Source: an uncultured Eubacteriales bacterium (GTDB lineage: Bacteria; Bacillota; Clostridia; Oscillospirales; UBA644). From it: a stretch of DNA of 64,000 nt. This document shows, piece by piece, positions 20,021 through 29,477 of this stretch (its first letter is position 1; the number at the start of each line of letters is the position of its first letter). Where the stretch lies: assembly GCA_959604355.1 (NCBI GenBank), contig CAUHAO010000002.1, positions 27,885 through 91,884 on the forward strand. Reading direction: 5' to 3'. Position numbers and translations under genes: made by a program. The notes below the pieces were generated by a model that was given only the letters and a program-made list of their open reading frames with translations, was not told the origin of the DNA and did not search any database.

Positions 20021-20035
20021 AAGGAGAAATCACGA

Positions 20036-21175
20036 ATGCTTTCAAAAAAACCTCCGATGGGCTGGAACTCCTGGAACACTTTCCAGTCCGATATTTCCGA
20101 AGAACTCATAATGCAGACTGCCGACGCAATGGTCGAGCGCGGACTGCGTGATGCGGGCTATGAGTACGTTGTTATCGACGACTGTTGGTCCCTCAAAGAG
20201 AGAGTCGATGGGAAAATCGTCGCAGACCCCGAAAAATTTCCTCACGGCATGAAATACCTTTCCGATTACGTCCACTCCAAGGGACTCAAATTCGGTATGT
20301 ATTCCTGCGCCGGAACAAAGACTTGTGCGGGATATCCAGGAAGCCTTGACCACGAGTTCGTTGACGCTCAGACGTTCGCGGACTGGGGCGTAGACTTCTT
20401 AAAGTACGACTACTGCAACATGCCGGACGATGAATTCGGCGACAGACTTTACCACCGTATGTCCATTGCGCTCAAAGCGACAGGCAGAGAGATACTTTTC
20501 TCCGCCTGCAACTGGGGCAGCAACGATGTTGAAAAATGGATACGTTCCACGGGCGCTCATATGTATCGCTCCACGGGCGATATCTACGACCATCCGTTCA
20601 GGGTAAGAGATATTTTCAGATCTCAGATAGATAAAATATCATACTCCATGCCCGGTTGCTTCAACGACCTTGACATGCTCGTTGTCGGTATGCGCGGCAT
20701 AGGTCGTCCCATAGAAGACGACGACTGCACCGACGAAGAGTACAGAACTCATTTCGCACTCTGGTGCCTGTTCATGTCACCCCTTATCATCGGCGCGGAC
20801 GTCCGCAATATGAAGAAGGAAAACGGCGACGACATTCTTCTCGATAAGGATTTCCTCGCGCTTGACCAGGATGAAGCAGGAATCCCCCCGTTCGTTATCA
20901 AAGGCACGGGCTCCGGCAAATACGCGTTTATGCGTCACCTCGCAAACGGAGAATACTGCCTCGCGTTTGTAAACCTCTGCCCGCCTCCGGAATATCTTCC
21001 CGCAGAGATCTATGCAAACTTTGAATATGCCGGCTTCCCTGCGAACTCCGGTTATGAGTTTGAAGTTTATGACATGTTTGAAAAGAAGGAGATAGGTCGT
21101 GTGAGCGGCGGAATGGGCGTTAACCTCAAGCCCATGCAGTCCGCGTTCTACCGACTCCGTCCCGTGAAAAAATGA
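20036..21175 (+). CDS. GH27 glycoside hydrolase (alpha-galactosidase-like), paralogue 1, cytoplasmic
   Basis: 'PPMGWNSWNTF', 'IDDCW', nucleophile motif 'LKYDYC', acid/base motif 'YRSTGDI'. No signal peptide. Confidence 0.85.
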   Translation: MLSKKPPMGWNSWNTFQSDISEELIMQTADAMVERGLRDAGYEYVVIDDCWSLKERVDGKIVADPEKFPHGMKYLSDYVHSKGLKFGMYSCAGTKTCAGYPGSLDHEFVDAQTFADWGVDFLKYDYCNMPDDEFGDRLYHRMSIALKATGREILFSACNWGSNDVEKWIRSTGAHMYRSTGDIYDHPFRVRDIFRSQIDKISYSMPGCFNDLDMLVVGMRGIGRPIEDDDCTDEEYRTHFALWCLFMSPLIIGADVRNMKKENGDDILLDKDFLALDQDEAGIPPFVIKGTGSGKYAFMRHLANGEYCLAFVNLCPPPEYLPAEIYANFEYAGFPANSGYEFEVYDMFEKKEIGRVSGGMGVNLKPMQSAFYRLRPVKK

Positions 21176-22320
21176 TGAATACAAATAAGCCCGCGATGGG
21201 ATGGAATTCGTGGAATACGTTTAAGGATAATATCTCCGAAGAGCTCCTGATGCAGACCACCGACGCCATGGTCAGACTCGGATTGCGCGACGCAGGATAC
21301 ATATATGTCTCAATTGACGACTGCTGGGCGCTGAGAGAACGAGTCGACGGCAAGATGGTCGAGGATCCCGAGAAATTCCCTCACGGATTCAAGTATCTTT
21401 CAGACTACATCCATTCTAAGGGAATGAAATTCGGAATTTATTCCTGCGCGGGTAAAAAAACATGCGCGGGATATCCCGGAAGCTACGGTCACGAGTTCAT
21501 AGATGCGCAGACGTTCGCCGATTGGGGCGTTGATCTGCTTAAGTACGATTTCTGCAACGTTCCCAAAGACGAACATCCGGACGTTCTGTTCGCCCGCATG
21601 GCTATTGCTCTTAAAGCGACAGGCAGGGATATTCTTTATTCTGCCTGCAATTGCGGAAACGACAATGTTGAAGAATGGATACGCAGGACGGGCGCTCATA
21701 TGTACCGCTCCACGGGCGACATATATGATAATCCCGAAAAAATAAGAAGTATAACCGCGTCGCAGATCGATAAGATGGCGTTTTCCATGCCCGGCTGTTT
21801 CAACGACTTCGATATGCTTGTTGTCGGTATGAGCGGCAACAACCTTCCCGTTGAATACAACGACTGCACGCCCGATGAGTACAGAACGCACTTTGCTTTG
21901 TGGTGCTTCTTTATGTCCCCGCTTATAATCGGATGCGACATCCGAAACATCAAGCAGGAATACTGCGATAATATACTTCTCGATAAGGATTTCCTTGCGC
22001 TTGACCAGGATGAAGAGGGAAGACCTCCGTTCGTCATAGAAGGCACGGGATACGGAAAATACGCGTTGATGCGCCACCTCGCAAACGGTGACTATTGTCT
22101 CGCGTTCGTTAACCTTTGCCCGCCCGAGGAAAATCAGAATATTCCCGCCGAGATCTATGCAAACTTTGAATATGCCGGCTTCCCTGCAAACTCCGGCTGT
22201 GAGTTCGAGGTTTACGATATGTATGAAAAGAAGGAGATGGGCCGTGTGAGCGGCGGAATGGGTGTCAGCCTCAGATCCCTGCAATCCGCGTTCTACAGGC
22301 TTCGTGTTGTAAAGAAATGA
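21172..22320 (+). CDS. GH27 glycoside hydrolase, paralogue 2
   Basis: Same motifs ('IDDCW', 'LKYDFC', 'YRSTGDI'). Its ATG overlaps the paralogue 1 stop (ATGA). Confidence 0.85.
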   Translation: MMNTNKPAMGWNSWNTFKDNISEELLMQTTDAMVRLGLRDAGYIYVSIDDCWALRERVDGKMVEDPEKFPHGFKYLSDYIHSKGMKFGIYSCAGKKTCAGYPGSYGHEFIDAQTFADWGVDLLKYDFCNVPKDEHPDVLFARMAIALKATGRDILYSACNCGNDNVEEWIRRTGAHMYRSTGDIYDNPEKIRSITASQIDKMAFSMPGCFNDFDMLVVGMSGNNLPVEYNDCTPDEYRTHFALWCFFMSPLIIGCDIRNIKQEYCDNILLDKDFLALDQDEEGRPPFVIEGTGYGKYALMRHLANGDYCLAFVNLCPPEENQNIPAEIYANFEYAGFPANSGCEFEVYDMYEKKEMGRVSGGMGVSLRSLQSAFYRLRVVKK

Positions 22321-23459
22321 TGACATTAAAAACTCCCCCGATGGGGTGGAACTCCTGGAACACTTTCGGTAAAAACATTTCCGAAGAGGTCATAATGCAG
22401 ACCGCCGATGCGCTCGTTTCCACGGGACTTGCCGATGCAGGATATACATATCTCAACCTTGACGACACATGGTCGAACCGTAAAGGTGAGGACAGAGGCA
22501 GAATAAACGGCAAACTCGAAGCGCATCCCGAAAAGTTCCCTCACGGTATGAAATATCTCGCGGATTATATCCACTCCAAAGGTCTTAAGTTCGGTATCTA
22601 TTCAAGCTCCGGCAGATGGACCTGCATGGATTTTGCCGCAAGCTTTGACCATGAATTCGATGACGCCAATTCGTTCGCGAATTGGGACGTCGATTACCTC
22701 AAATATGACTTCTGCGGTCTTAAAGACGGCGACGAAGAAAACATGAATTATCACCGCATGTCGCTTGCGCTGAGTACGGTCCCGCGTGACATCGCTTTCG
22801 CGGCGTGCAACTGGGGCTCACACAATGTGCAGGAATGGATCCGAGGCACACGTGCTACCGCTTTCCGTATCTGCGGCGACATCACCGATAACTTCCAGTC
22901 TATTCGTTCTCAGTCCGAATGGCATATGCAGTTCAGCCCATACGCGGGCGTCGGCTGCAATATCGACTTCGATATGCTCGTCGTTGGTATGGACGGCAAA
23001 GGAAATGTCGCAAACGGAGGTTGTACTGATACCGAGTATATGACGCATTTCGCTGTCTGGTGTATGTTTGCAAACCCGCTGCTTATCGGCGCGGACATCC
23101 GCAATATGCGTCCCGAAGCGCTCGAAATCCTCAAGAACAGGGACCTCATCGCAATCGATCAAGACATTGAATGCCGCAACCCGTTCCTTATAGGCGGAGA
23201 CAAGGACAAGGGCCAGTATGCGTATTTCCGTGTCCTTTCGGATAACAGATACGCGCTGATGTTCCTCAACTACTCTGACGAAAACGCCGAGATCTCCGGT
23301 GACCTGCGCCTTGCGGGTCTTGCAGAAAACTCCGGCTACGAAATGGACGTTTACGACACGTATTCACATGAGTCTGTCGGCAGACGCTCCGGAATATTCA
23401 CACATAAACTCGCGCCTCACGAGAGCCGCGTTTATACAATGAAACTTATAAGAAAATAA
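22317..23459 (+). CDS. GH27 glycoside hydrolase, paralogue 3 (most divergent)
   Basis: 'LDDTW', 'LKYDFC', 'FRICGDI'. Insertion 'NRKGEDRGRINGKLEA'. ATGA overlap with paralogue 2. Confidence 0.8.
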   Translation: MMTLKTPPMGWNSWNTFGKNISEEVIMQTADALVSTGLADAGYTYLNLDDTWSNRKGEDRGRINGKLEAHPEKFPHGMKYLADYIHSKGLKFGIYSSSGRWTCMDFAASFDHEFDDANSFANWDVDYLKYDFCGLKDGDEENMNYHRMSLALSTVPRDIAFAACNWGSHNVQEWIRGTRATAFRICGDITDNFQSIRSQSEWHMQFSPYAGVGCNIDFDMLVVGMDGKGNVANGGCTDTEYMTHFAVWCMFANPLLIGADIRNMRPEALEILKNRDLIAIDQDIECRNPFLIGGDKDKGQYAYFRVLSDNRYALMFLNYSDENAEISGDLRLAGLAENSGYEMDVYDTYSHESVGRRSGIFTHKLAPHESRVYTMKLIRK

Positions 23460-23484
23460 TATGATTTGAAAGGAATTAACTGCT

Positions 23485-24609
23485 ATGATGCTTGCAAAAA
23501 AACCCCCTATGGGTTGGAACTCCTGGAATACCTTCGGTGAGGACATCAACGAAGAACTTCTTATGAAAACCGCCGACATAATGGTCGAATCAGGTCTCAA
23601 AGACGCGGGTTACGAATATGTCGTTATCGACGACTGCTGGTCTCTCAAAGAGAGAGTTGACGGCAAAATCGTCGCAGACCCCAAAAAATTCCCCCACGGC
23701 ATGAAATATCTTGCAGACTACATCCATTCCAAGGGACTCAAATTCGGTATGTATTCCTGCGCAGGCAGATGGACCTGTGCCGGCTATCCCGCGAGCCTTG
23801 ATCATGAATTTATCGACGCTCAGACCTTTGCTGATTTCGACGTAGACTTCCTCAAATACGACTTCTGCCATAAGCCTGATGATATCAACGGCCCCATGCT
23901 TTACTACCGCATGTCCATGGCGCTCAAAGCAACGGGCAAAGATATTCTCTTCTCTGCTTGCAACTGGGGCAGCGACGAGGTAGAAAAGTGGATTCGTTCC
24001 ACAGGTGCGCATATGTATCGTTCCACCGGCGATATCAATGACAACTTCAACTCCATCAAAGGAATATTCAAGAGCCAGATAAACAAGATCGCATACTCCG
24101 GTATCGGTTGCTGGAACGACTTGGATATGCTTGTTGTCGGTATGCACGGTGCTGGCAACGTCGGTAACGGCGGCTGCACTCATGATGAATACCTGACCCA
24201 TTTTGCTCTGTGGAGCCTGTTCATGTCTCCTCTCATGATCGGCTGCGATATACGCAATATGGACGATGACACAAAGAACATCCTCATGAACAAAGACCTC
24301 ATCGCAATCAACCAGGACGAAGAGGCAAGAACTCCGTTCGTCGTCGGCAACTATGAAGGCGACAGACTCGTATTCTTCCGTCACCTGTCCAACAATGAAT
24401 ATTGCCTTGCTTATGTCAACTTCACCGACTACAAGGAAAAACTCTACGCGCTCTTCTGTGACTGCGGTCTTGCAGAAAACTCCGGCTATGCGTTCGAACT
24501 TTACGATATATTTGATCATAAGTCTGTCGGCAAGTTCACCGAGGGCTATGGATGCACTGTTCCCGCGCACGGATGCAGATTCTTTAAAGTCAAAGTTGTA
24601 AAGGACTGA
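23485..24609 (+). CDS. GH27 glycoside hydrolase, paralogue 4
   Basis: 'IDDCW', 'LKYDFC', 'YRSTGDI'; 25-nt spacer with an RBS. Confidence 0.85.
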   Translation: MMLAKKPPMGWNSWNTFGEDINEELLMKTADIMVESGLKDAGYEYVVIDDCWSLKERVDGKIVADPKKFPHGMKYLADYIHSKGLKFGMYSCAGRWTCAGYPASLDHEFIDAQTFADFDVDFLKYDFCHKPDDINGPMLYYRMSMALKATGKDILFSACNWGSDEVEKWIRSTGAHMYRSTGDINDNFNSIKGIFKSQINKIAYSGIGCWNDLDMLVVGMHGAGNVGNGGCTHDEYLTHFALWSLFMSPLMIGCDIRNMDDDTKNILMNKDLIAINQDEEARTPFVVGNYEGDRLVFFRHLSNNEYCLAYVNFTDYKEKLYALFCDCGLAENSGYAFELYDIFDHKSVGKFTEGYGCTVPAHGCRFFKVKVVKD

Positions 24610-24614
24610 TAACG

Positions 24615-25736
24615 ATGCTTGGACAGAAGCCTCCGATGGGGTGGAACACATGGAACACCTTCGCTGACAAAATATCCGAAGAGCTTATTATGCAGACCGC
24701 TGATGCAATGGTGTCTACCGGTTTGAAGGATGCCGGCTATGAATACGTTGTTGTTGACGATTCATGGTCAAAACGTGAGCGCGAAAACGGAAAAATTGTT
24801 GCCGATCCCGTGAAATTCCCCCACGGAATGAAATATATTGCGGACTACGTTCACTCCAAAGGTCTTAAATTCGGTATGTACGGCGACGTTGGCACGATGA
24901 CGTGTATGAAATATCCGGGAAGCCTCGGTTACGAGACCGTTGACGCTGAAATGTTTGCTGAAATCGGTGTGGATTATCTCAAAATGGACTACTGCAACAA
25001 GCCCGATGATGTGAACGGCGAAATGTGCTATCACCGCATGTCGATGGCACTCAAAGCAACGGGAAGGGATATCATCCTGTCCGGATGTAACTGCGGCGAC
25101 CATAACGCTAAAATGTGGATGCGTGCCGCGGGTGCGCATTTATACCGCTCGACGTACGATATCGGCGACAGCTTCTCATGGTTCACGGGTATTGCCTCAA
25201 GCCAGATATCAGAGCTCGGACTTTCCGGTCCGGGCTGTTGGAACGATATGGATATGCTTACCGTAGGTATGTATATGGATCGCCCCGACAAAGAGAAGAA
25301 CACTACCGATGCGTACAGACTGCATTTCGCGTGGTGGGCAATGTTTATGTCTCCTCTTATGATCGGTTGCGATATACGCAACATGAGCGACGATACAAAG
25401 GCAATATTGCTCAATAAAGATATTATCGCCATTGACCAGGACGAAGAGGGAACTCCGGCGTTCCTCGTCGGCGGTTACAGAGGTAAGAGAATGACATTCT
25501 TCCGTCATCTTTCGGGCGGCGAATATGCGCTAATGTTCGTTAACCTGGAGGATGAATTCAACGAGAAGATGCATGTTGAATTCTGTGACCTCGGCCTTAC
25601 TGGCGAACTCGGTTACGGCCTTGAATTGCACGATATATATGATAACAAGGACCTCGGCAGCTTCAAAGAAGGCTTTACAGATCTCGTTCCCGCTAAGGGC
25701 TGCAAGATATACCGTGCAAGGCTTGTCAAAGCGTAA
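24615..25736 (+). CDS. GH27 glycoside hydrolase, paralogue 5
   Basis: 'VDDSW', 'LKMDYC', 'YRSTYDI'; 5-nt spacer after paralogue 4. Confidence 0.8.
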   Translation: MLGQKPPMGWNTWNTFADKISEELIMQTADAMVSTGLKDAGYEYVVVDDSWSKRERENGKIVADPVKFPHGMKYIADYVHSKGLKFGMYGDVGTMTCMKYPGSLGYETVDAEMFAEIGVDYLKMDYCNKPDDVNGEMCYHRMSMALKATGRDIILSGCNCGDHNAKMWMRAAGAHLYRSTYDIGDSFSWFTGIASSQISELGLSGPGCWNDMDMLTVGMYMDRPDKEKNTTDAYRLHFAWWAMFMSPLMIGCDIRNMSDDTKAILLNKDIIAIDQDEEGTPAFLVGGYRGKRMTFFRHLSGGEYALMFVNLEDEFNEKMHVEFCDLGLTGELGYGLELHDIYDNKDLGSFKEGFTDLVPAKGCKIYRARLVKA

Positions 25737-25749
25737 AGAGGTGGTTCCA

Positions 25750-25965
25750 ATGGCGGATGAACGCTGTGTAAAATGCGGCAAACTTCTTGAAAGCGACGAG
25801 ATTGCTTTGCACAAGAAAATGATAAACCGCGGCGCAAAGAAAGATTTTATGTGCATAGAGTGTTTAGGCAAATATTTCGGTGTAACCCCCGAAAGCCTGC
25901 GCGAAAAGATCGTACAGCTCAAAGAAATGGGTTGCACGCTTTTCGACTGCAATAAAGTCGATTGA
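25750..25965 (+). CDS. small zinc-ribbon protein (hypothetical)
   Basis: 71 aa from ATG 25750 (RBS AGAGGTGG). Has 'CVKCG...CIEC' Cys pairs. The tracked 137-aa ORF is a 5' extension running inside GH27-5. Confidence 0.5.
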   Translation: MADERCVKCGKLLESDEIALHKKMINRGAKKDFMCIECLGKYFGVTPESLREKIVQLKEMGCTLFDCNKVD

Positions 25966-25981
25966 AATGCTCAAAGTAAAA

Positions 25982-26018
25982 AGCCCAGCAGACCAACCGG
26001 TCTGCTGGCTTTTATTTT
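25982..26018 (+). terminator. intrinsic terminator ending the pyrB-helD-GH27 gene string
   Basis: 13-bp stem (one bulge) AGCC(C)AGCAGACC/GGTCTGCTGGCT followed by TTTTATTTT. Confidence 0.75.
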
Positions 26019-26335
26019 GCGCATAGAATGCTTATATTCTCGTTTTTCGGATTTTGCAGAGAGCGTCTCACGCAGAAATTATACTCCGCCCGGCGAATAA
26101 ACTCATCGTTTCCGCAAAATCGGTATTCTTATGATACGAAAGAATATGCTGTGCTCCGGCTCACTTCGGAGGGCTCGGACAGCCACTGACAGATGAAACT
26201 CTGAAAAATGACAACCGGTGCTTTCTGTGCGAACAGTTTTTGTCTGCTGACATCCGAAAGCCCGAGTCTCAGGGGTAAGTGCGTAAAATATGCGGCCGAG
26301 AACACGTACATTGGATATTTAACGTATAAAACGAT

Positions 26336-26375
26336 CCCCGAAAGGTATGAAAGCATATCCTTCGGGGAATTTTTA
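26336..26375. terminator. hairpin 50 nt downstream of the fucI stop (probable fucI terminator, T-rich on both sides)
   Basis: CCCCGAAAGGTATG/CATATCCTTCGGGG imperfect stem. AATTTTT follows on the plus strand and TCGTTTTAT on the minus strand. Confidence 0.5.
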
Positions 26376-26417
26376 TCGTTTATTCAGTTACAGCATACGT
26401 AGGTCAAAGGGTTTGCG

Positions 26418-28220
26418 TTATTTATACATCGGGCCGTAAGCTGCACATGCTCTGTAATCCTGACCCTCTTTGTCCATACCGAATGCGTTCCATGCAGCGG
26501 GACGGAAGATTTTGTCTTCAGGTACGTTGTGCATGCAAACAGGGATACGGAGCATCGAGCAGAGAGTTATGAGGTCTGCGCCGATATGACCGTATGAGAT
26601 AGCGCCGTGGTTTGCGCCCCAGTTGTTCATCACATCGTAAGCGCTCTTGAACGGGCTGCCTTCCTTGCCGTCGCAGCGAGGTGTGAACCATGTGCAGGGC
26701 CAGGTGGGATTGGTGCGCTCCATGAGCGTGTCGGTAACTTCATCGGGCAGGTTGACAGTCCAGCCTTCAGCGATCTGAAGCACGGGGCCGAGACCTTTGA
26801 CGAGGTTGAGACGGATCATCGTCACGGGCATTTCCGCACGGGTAACAAAGTGGCTCGAGAAGCCGCCGCCGCGGAAGTTATCAAAGCCTGCCTCACACCA
26901 TACGGTAGCGTCGGTCATCTTCTTGATATCTTCTTCGGTAACGTCCCACCACTCCTTCATAACGTGGTTTCCGTTTTCGTCGGTGCATTCTCCGCAAGCG
27001 TCAAGGCAAGCCGCACCGGAGTTGAGCAGATGGATTATACCGCCGTTTTCTTTCGCGTGACCTTCAAATTCATAGCCTGTGACGCGCTTAGTCGCTTCGG
27101 GAGACCAGAATGTACGGACGTCGGCGAATATCTGCGCGCGGTTCGTGAGCAGGCGCATGAAGAGCATGCCCAGACCGTTGAGAATGTCGTTTTCAGTGGC
27201 GAGAACAATGGGCTCTTTCTTTCCGGTGAAGTCAAAGGAAGAGTTGAGGATAGCTTCGGGGTAGTCGCAGTTCGGCCAGTGGTCGGTCCACTGTCTCTGT
27301 CCCTGGAAGCCGCCCGCGATGGCATTATGTCCGACAGATTCTTCTTCAAAGCCTTCGGGAAGGGTCTTGTTGCCGTTCATGAGATCTTTGATTATGCAGT
27401 ACATTTTGATGGTAAATTCCCACTGCTTATCTTTCTGTTCGCGGCTGAAACGTACGAAATCGGGGTTGTCGTCGCGACCCTCTTTGCAGTGTTCCTTTGT
27501 CCATGCAAGCGCTTTTTCGTAGTCTTCTTTATTGTAAATGCCTTCTTCCATACGGCGGAGGATCTCAACCTCGTCGACGGATTCAACGCGCAGGCCGAGG
27601 TATTCTTCCATAAACGCCTGATCCATGATAGAGCCGCCGATACCCATGGTGACGGAGCCTATCTGGAGGTAGGATTTTCCTCTCATCGTTGCGACTGCAA
27701 CAGCAGCACGTCCGAATCTGAGGAGTTTTTCTTTAACGTCTTCGGGAATCTTTGTGACATCGTCTCTGTCCTGCACTTCGTGGCCGTAAATGCCGAAAGC
27801 GGGCAGACCCTTCTGAGCGTGGGTCGCAAGAACTGAAGCAAGATAGACCGCGCCGGGACGTTCAGTACCGTTAAAGCCCCATACGCCTTTTATCGTCATC
27901 GGGTCCATATCCATAGTTTCCGAACCGTAACACCAGCAGGGAGTAACGGTAAGAGTGATGTCAACGCCTGCTTTGCGGAATTTTTCAGCGCAAGCGGCGG
28001 ATTCGGGAACACGGCCGATAGTAGTGTCGGCAATAATTACCTTTACGGGGTCGCCGTTTGAATATCTGAGATTTTCTTCAAAGAGTTTTTTTGCCGCGAC
28101 AGCCATACCCATGGTCTGATCTTCGAGGCTTTCACGCAATTTCATAGGTCCGCGACGTCCGTCAATGACGGGGCGGATGCCAATAACCGGATAGTCGCCG
28201 ATGTATCTGTTTGTTGCCAT
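26418..28220 (-). CDS. fucI: L-fucose isomerase
   Basis: 600 aa, colinear by eye with E. coli FucI ('[11 protein letters not shown]', '[17 protein letters not shown]', '[10 protein letters not shown]', 'LQIAEGW', '[11 protein letters not shown]'). Confidence 0.9.
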   Translation of the reverse strand: MATNRYIGDYPVIGIRPVIDGRRGPMKLRESLEDQTMGMAVAAKKLFEENLRYSNGDPVKVIIADTTIGRVPESAACAEKFRKAGVDITLTVTPCWCYGSETMDMDPMTIKGVWGFNGTERPGAVYLASVLATHAQKGLPAFGIYGHEVQDRDDVTKIPEDVKEKLLRFGRAAVAVATMRGKSYLQIGSVTMGIGGSIMDQAFMEEYLGLRVESVDEVEILRRMEEGIYNKEDYEKALAWTKEHCKEGRDDNPDFVRFSREQKDKQWEFTIKMYCIIKDLMNGNKTLPEGFEEESVGHNAIAGGFQGQRQWTDHWPNCDYPEAILNSSFDFTGKKEPIVLATENDILNGLGMLFMRLLTNRAQIFADVRTFWSPEATKRVTGYEFEGHAKENGGIIHLLNSGAACLDACGECTDENGNHVMKEWWDVTEEDIKKMTDATVWCEAGFDNFRGGGFSSHFVTRAEMPVTMIRLNLVKGLGPVLQIAEGWTVNLPDEVTDTLMERTNPTWPCTWFTPRCDGKEGSPFKSAYDVMNNWGANHGAISYGHIGADLITLCSMLRIPVCMHNVPEDKIFRPAAWNAFGMDKEGQDYRACAAYGPMYK

Positions 28221-28414
28221 TTGGGAGTACCTCCTGAAACATTCTGTTATTATCTTGAAATCGGTTTCGTATCATTTGCCTAAACTCAGGCATTTATTAC
28301 CTATATTATACCACTTAACCTCGGAAAAGTCAATCGGTAAATGAAAAAATCTTTGATGAAAGCGGACGTATGGGGATTTTCTTTGAGATTTAACAAAAAA
28401 ATCAAAAAAAGGAC

Positions 28415-28443
28415 TTGCAAAATAGGTAAATCTTTGATATAAT
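28415..28443 (+). promoter_or_regulatory. sigma-A-type promoter candidate for rpsT
   Basis: TTGCAA-17 nt-TATAAT, 38 nt upstream of the ATG. Confidence 0.5.
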
Positions 28444-28481
28444 ATACGGGTATATGATAATACTTGGTCGGAGGTGAAATC

Positions 28482-28727
28482 ATGCCTAATATCAAATCCG
28501 CAAAAAAGCGTTGCAAAGTTACTTCTGCTAAGACTCTGCAGAATAAGATTCAGAAGTCTGAATTGAAGACTGAAATAAAGAAGGCTTCCGCGAAGATCGC
28601 AGAGACAAAGGATCAGGAAGCTCTTAACGCGGCTTACAAAGCGATTGACCAGGCTGCAGCAAAGGGTATAATCCACAAGAATGCTGCTGCTAACAAAAAG
28701 TCTCAGCTTGCAAACGCGATAAAATGA
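28482..28727 (+). CDS. rpsT: 30S ribosomal protein S20
   Basis: 'MPNIKSAKKR...' N-terminus, 'AIDQAAAKGIIHKNAAANKKS'. GGAGGTG RBS. Confidence 0.95.
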   Translation: MPNIKSAKKRCKVTSAKTLQNKIQKSELKTEIKKASAKIAETKDQEALNAAYKAIDQAAAKGIIHKNAAANKKSQLANAIK

Positions 28728-28741
28728 TTCAAGCGCAGATA

Positions 28742-28767
28742 AAAGACAGGTAACGCCTGTCTTTTTT
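28742..28767 (+). terminator. intrinsic terminator after rpsT
   Basis: AAGACAGG/CCTGTCTT stem plus a T7 run. Confidence 0.75.
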
Positions 28768-28832
28768 TGTTTATAAAAAAGTCCCCGGTTTATAAAAAAA
28801 GTTCCCGAATAATATCCCGGGAACTTAATTTG

Positions 28833-29243
28833 TTATCTTTTAGAATCGATATAGCCTTGAAGCAAAACTGCGGCGGCGGCAGAATCGATGAGCTGGCGCT
28901 GCTGTTTCGTATTTTTCTCGTTCGCGTGCAGCATCCGGGATGCAATTACCGTCGTATACATCTCGTTGACGAATTCAACAGGCGTGTCGATGCGTTCCTG
29001 CAGTGCGGCAGCGAAGCTCTTTACTTTTTCCATCATCGGGCTGCCGAGCCCGTCGGTACGCTTCGGCATACCTATTATTATAAGTCCCGGTGAGTACTGC
29101 TTTATGACCGCTTCCACACCGTCAAGAAGCTTCTGAAAATTTTTCGATGGCACGTTCTGCAGAGGAGTCGCAATAAGTCCGGTCGGGTCACTCACGGCAA
29201 TCCCCGTGCGCGCCAGACCGTAGTCTATGGCAATTATCCGCAT
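28833..29243 (-). CDS. ruvX: Holliday junction resolvase-like nuclease RuvX (YqgF)
   Basis: 'MRIIAIDYGLARTGIAVSD'; 136 aa. Confidence 0.9.
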   Translation of the reverse strand: MRIIAIDYGLARTGIAVSDPTGLIATPLQNVPSKNFQKLLDGVEAVIKQYSPGLIIIGMPKRTDGLGSPMMEKVKSFAAALQERIDTPVEFVNEMYTTVIASRMLHANEKNTKQQRQLIDSAAAAVLLQGYIDSKR

Positions 29244-29246
29244 CGT

Positions 29247-29477
29247 TTATTCAACGTGGTCTTCAATGAAGTTCACGACATCTCCGATGGTCTTCATATC
29301 CTGAGCTTCGTCGTCGGGAATGGAGATGTTGTATTTGTCCTCAAGCATCATCAGCAGGTCGACAACGTCGAGAGAGTCAGCACCGAGATCTTCGAAAATA
29401 TTCGTGGTGAGCTTGAGTTCGGAAGGATCCACATCAAATTTTTTTGCGAAAACATCAACTATTTCTTCAAAAAACAT
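29247..29477 (-). CDS. acpP: acyl carrier protein
   Basis: 76 aa with phosphopantetheine site 'LGADSLDVVDL'. Confidence 0.9.
   Translation of the reverse strand: MFFEEIVDVFAKKFDVDPSELKLTTNIFEDLGADSLDVVDLLMMLEDKYNISIPDDEAQDMKTIGDVVNFIEDHVE

Noticed and set aside
21400-24651. Long antisense ORFs (308 aa and 353 aa) inside the GH27 array.
   Set aside because: They mirror the sense genes. They recur because the sense genes are paralogous, not because they code. No motifs were found.
26607-27836. 409-aa ORF antisense to fucI.
   Set aside because: fucI is colinear with E. coli FucI over its whole length, and the antisense frame has no family signature.
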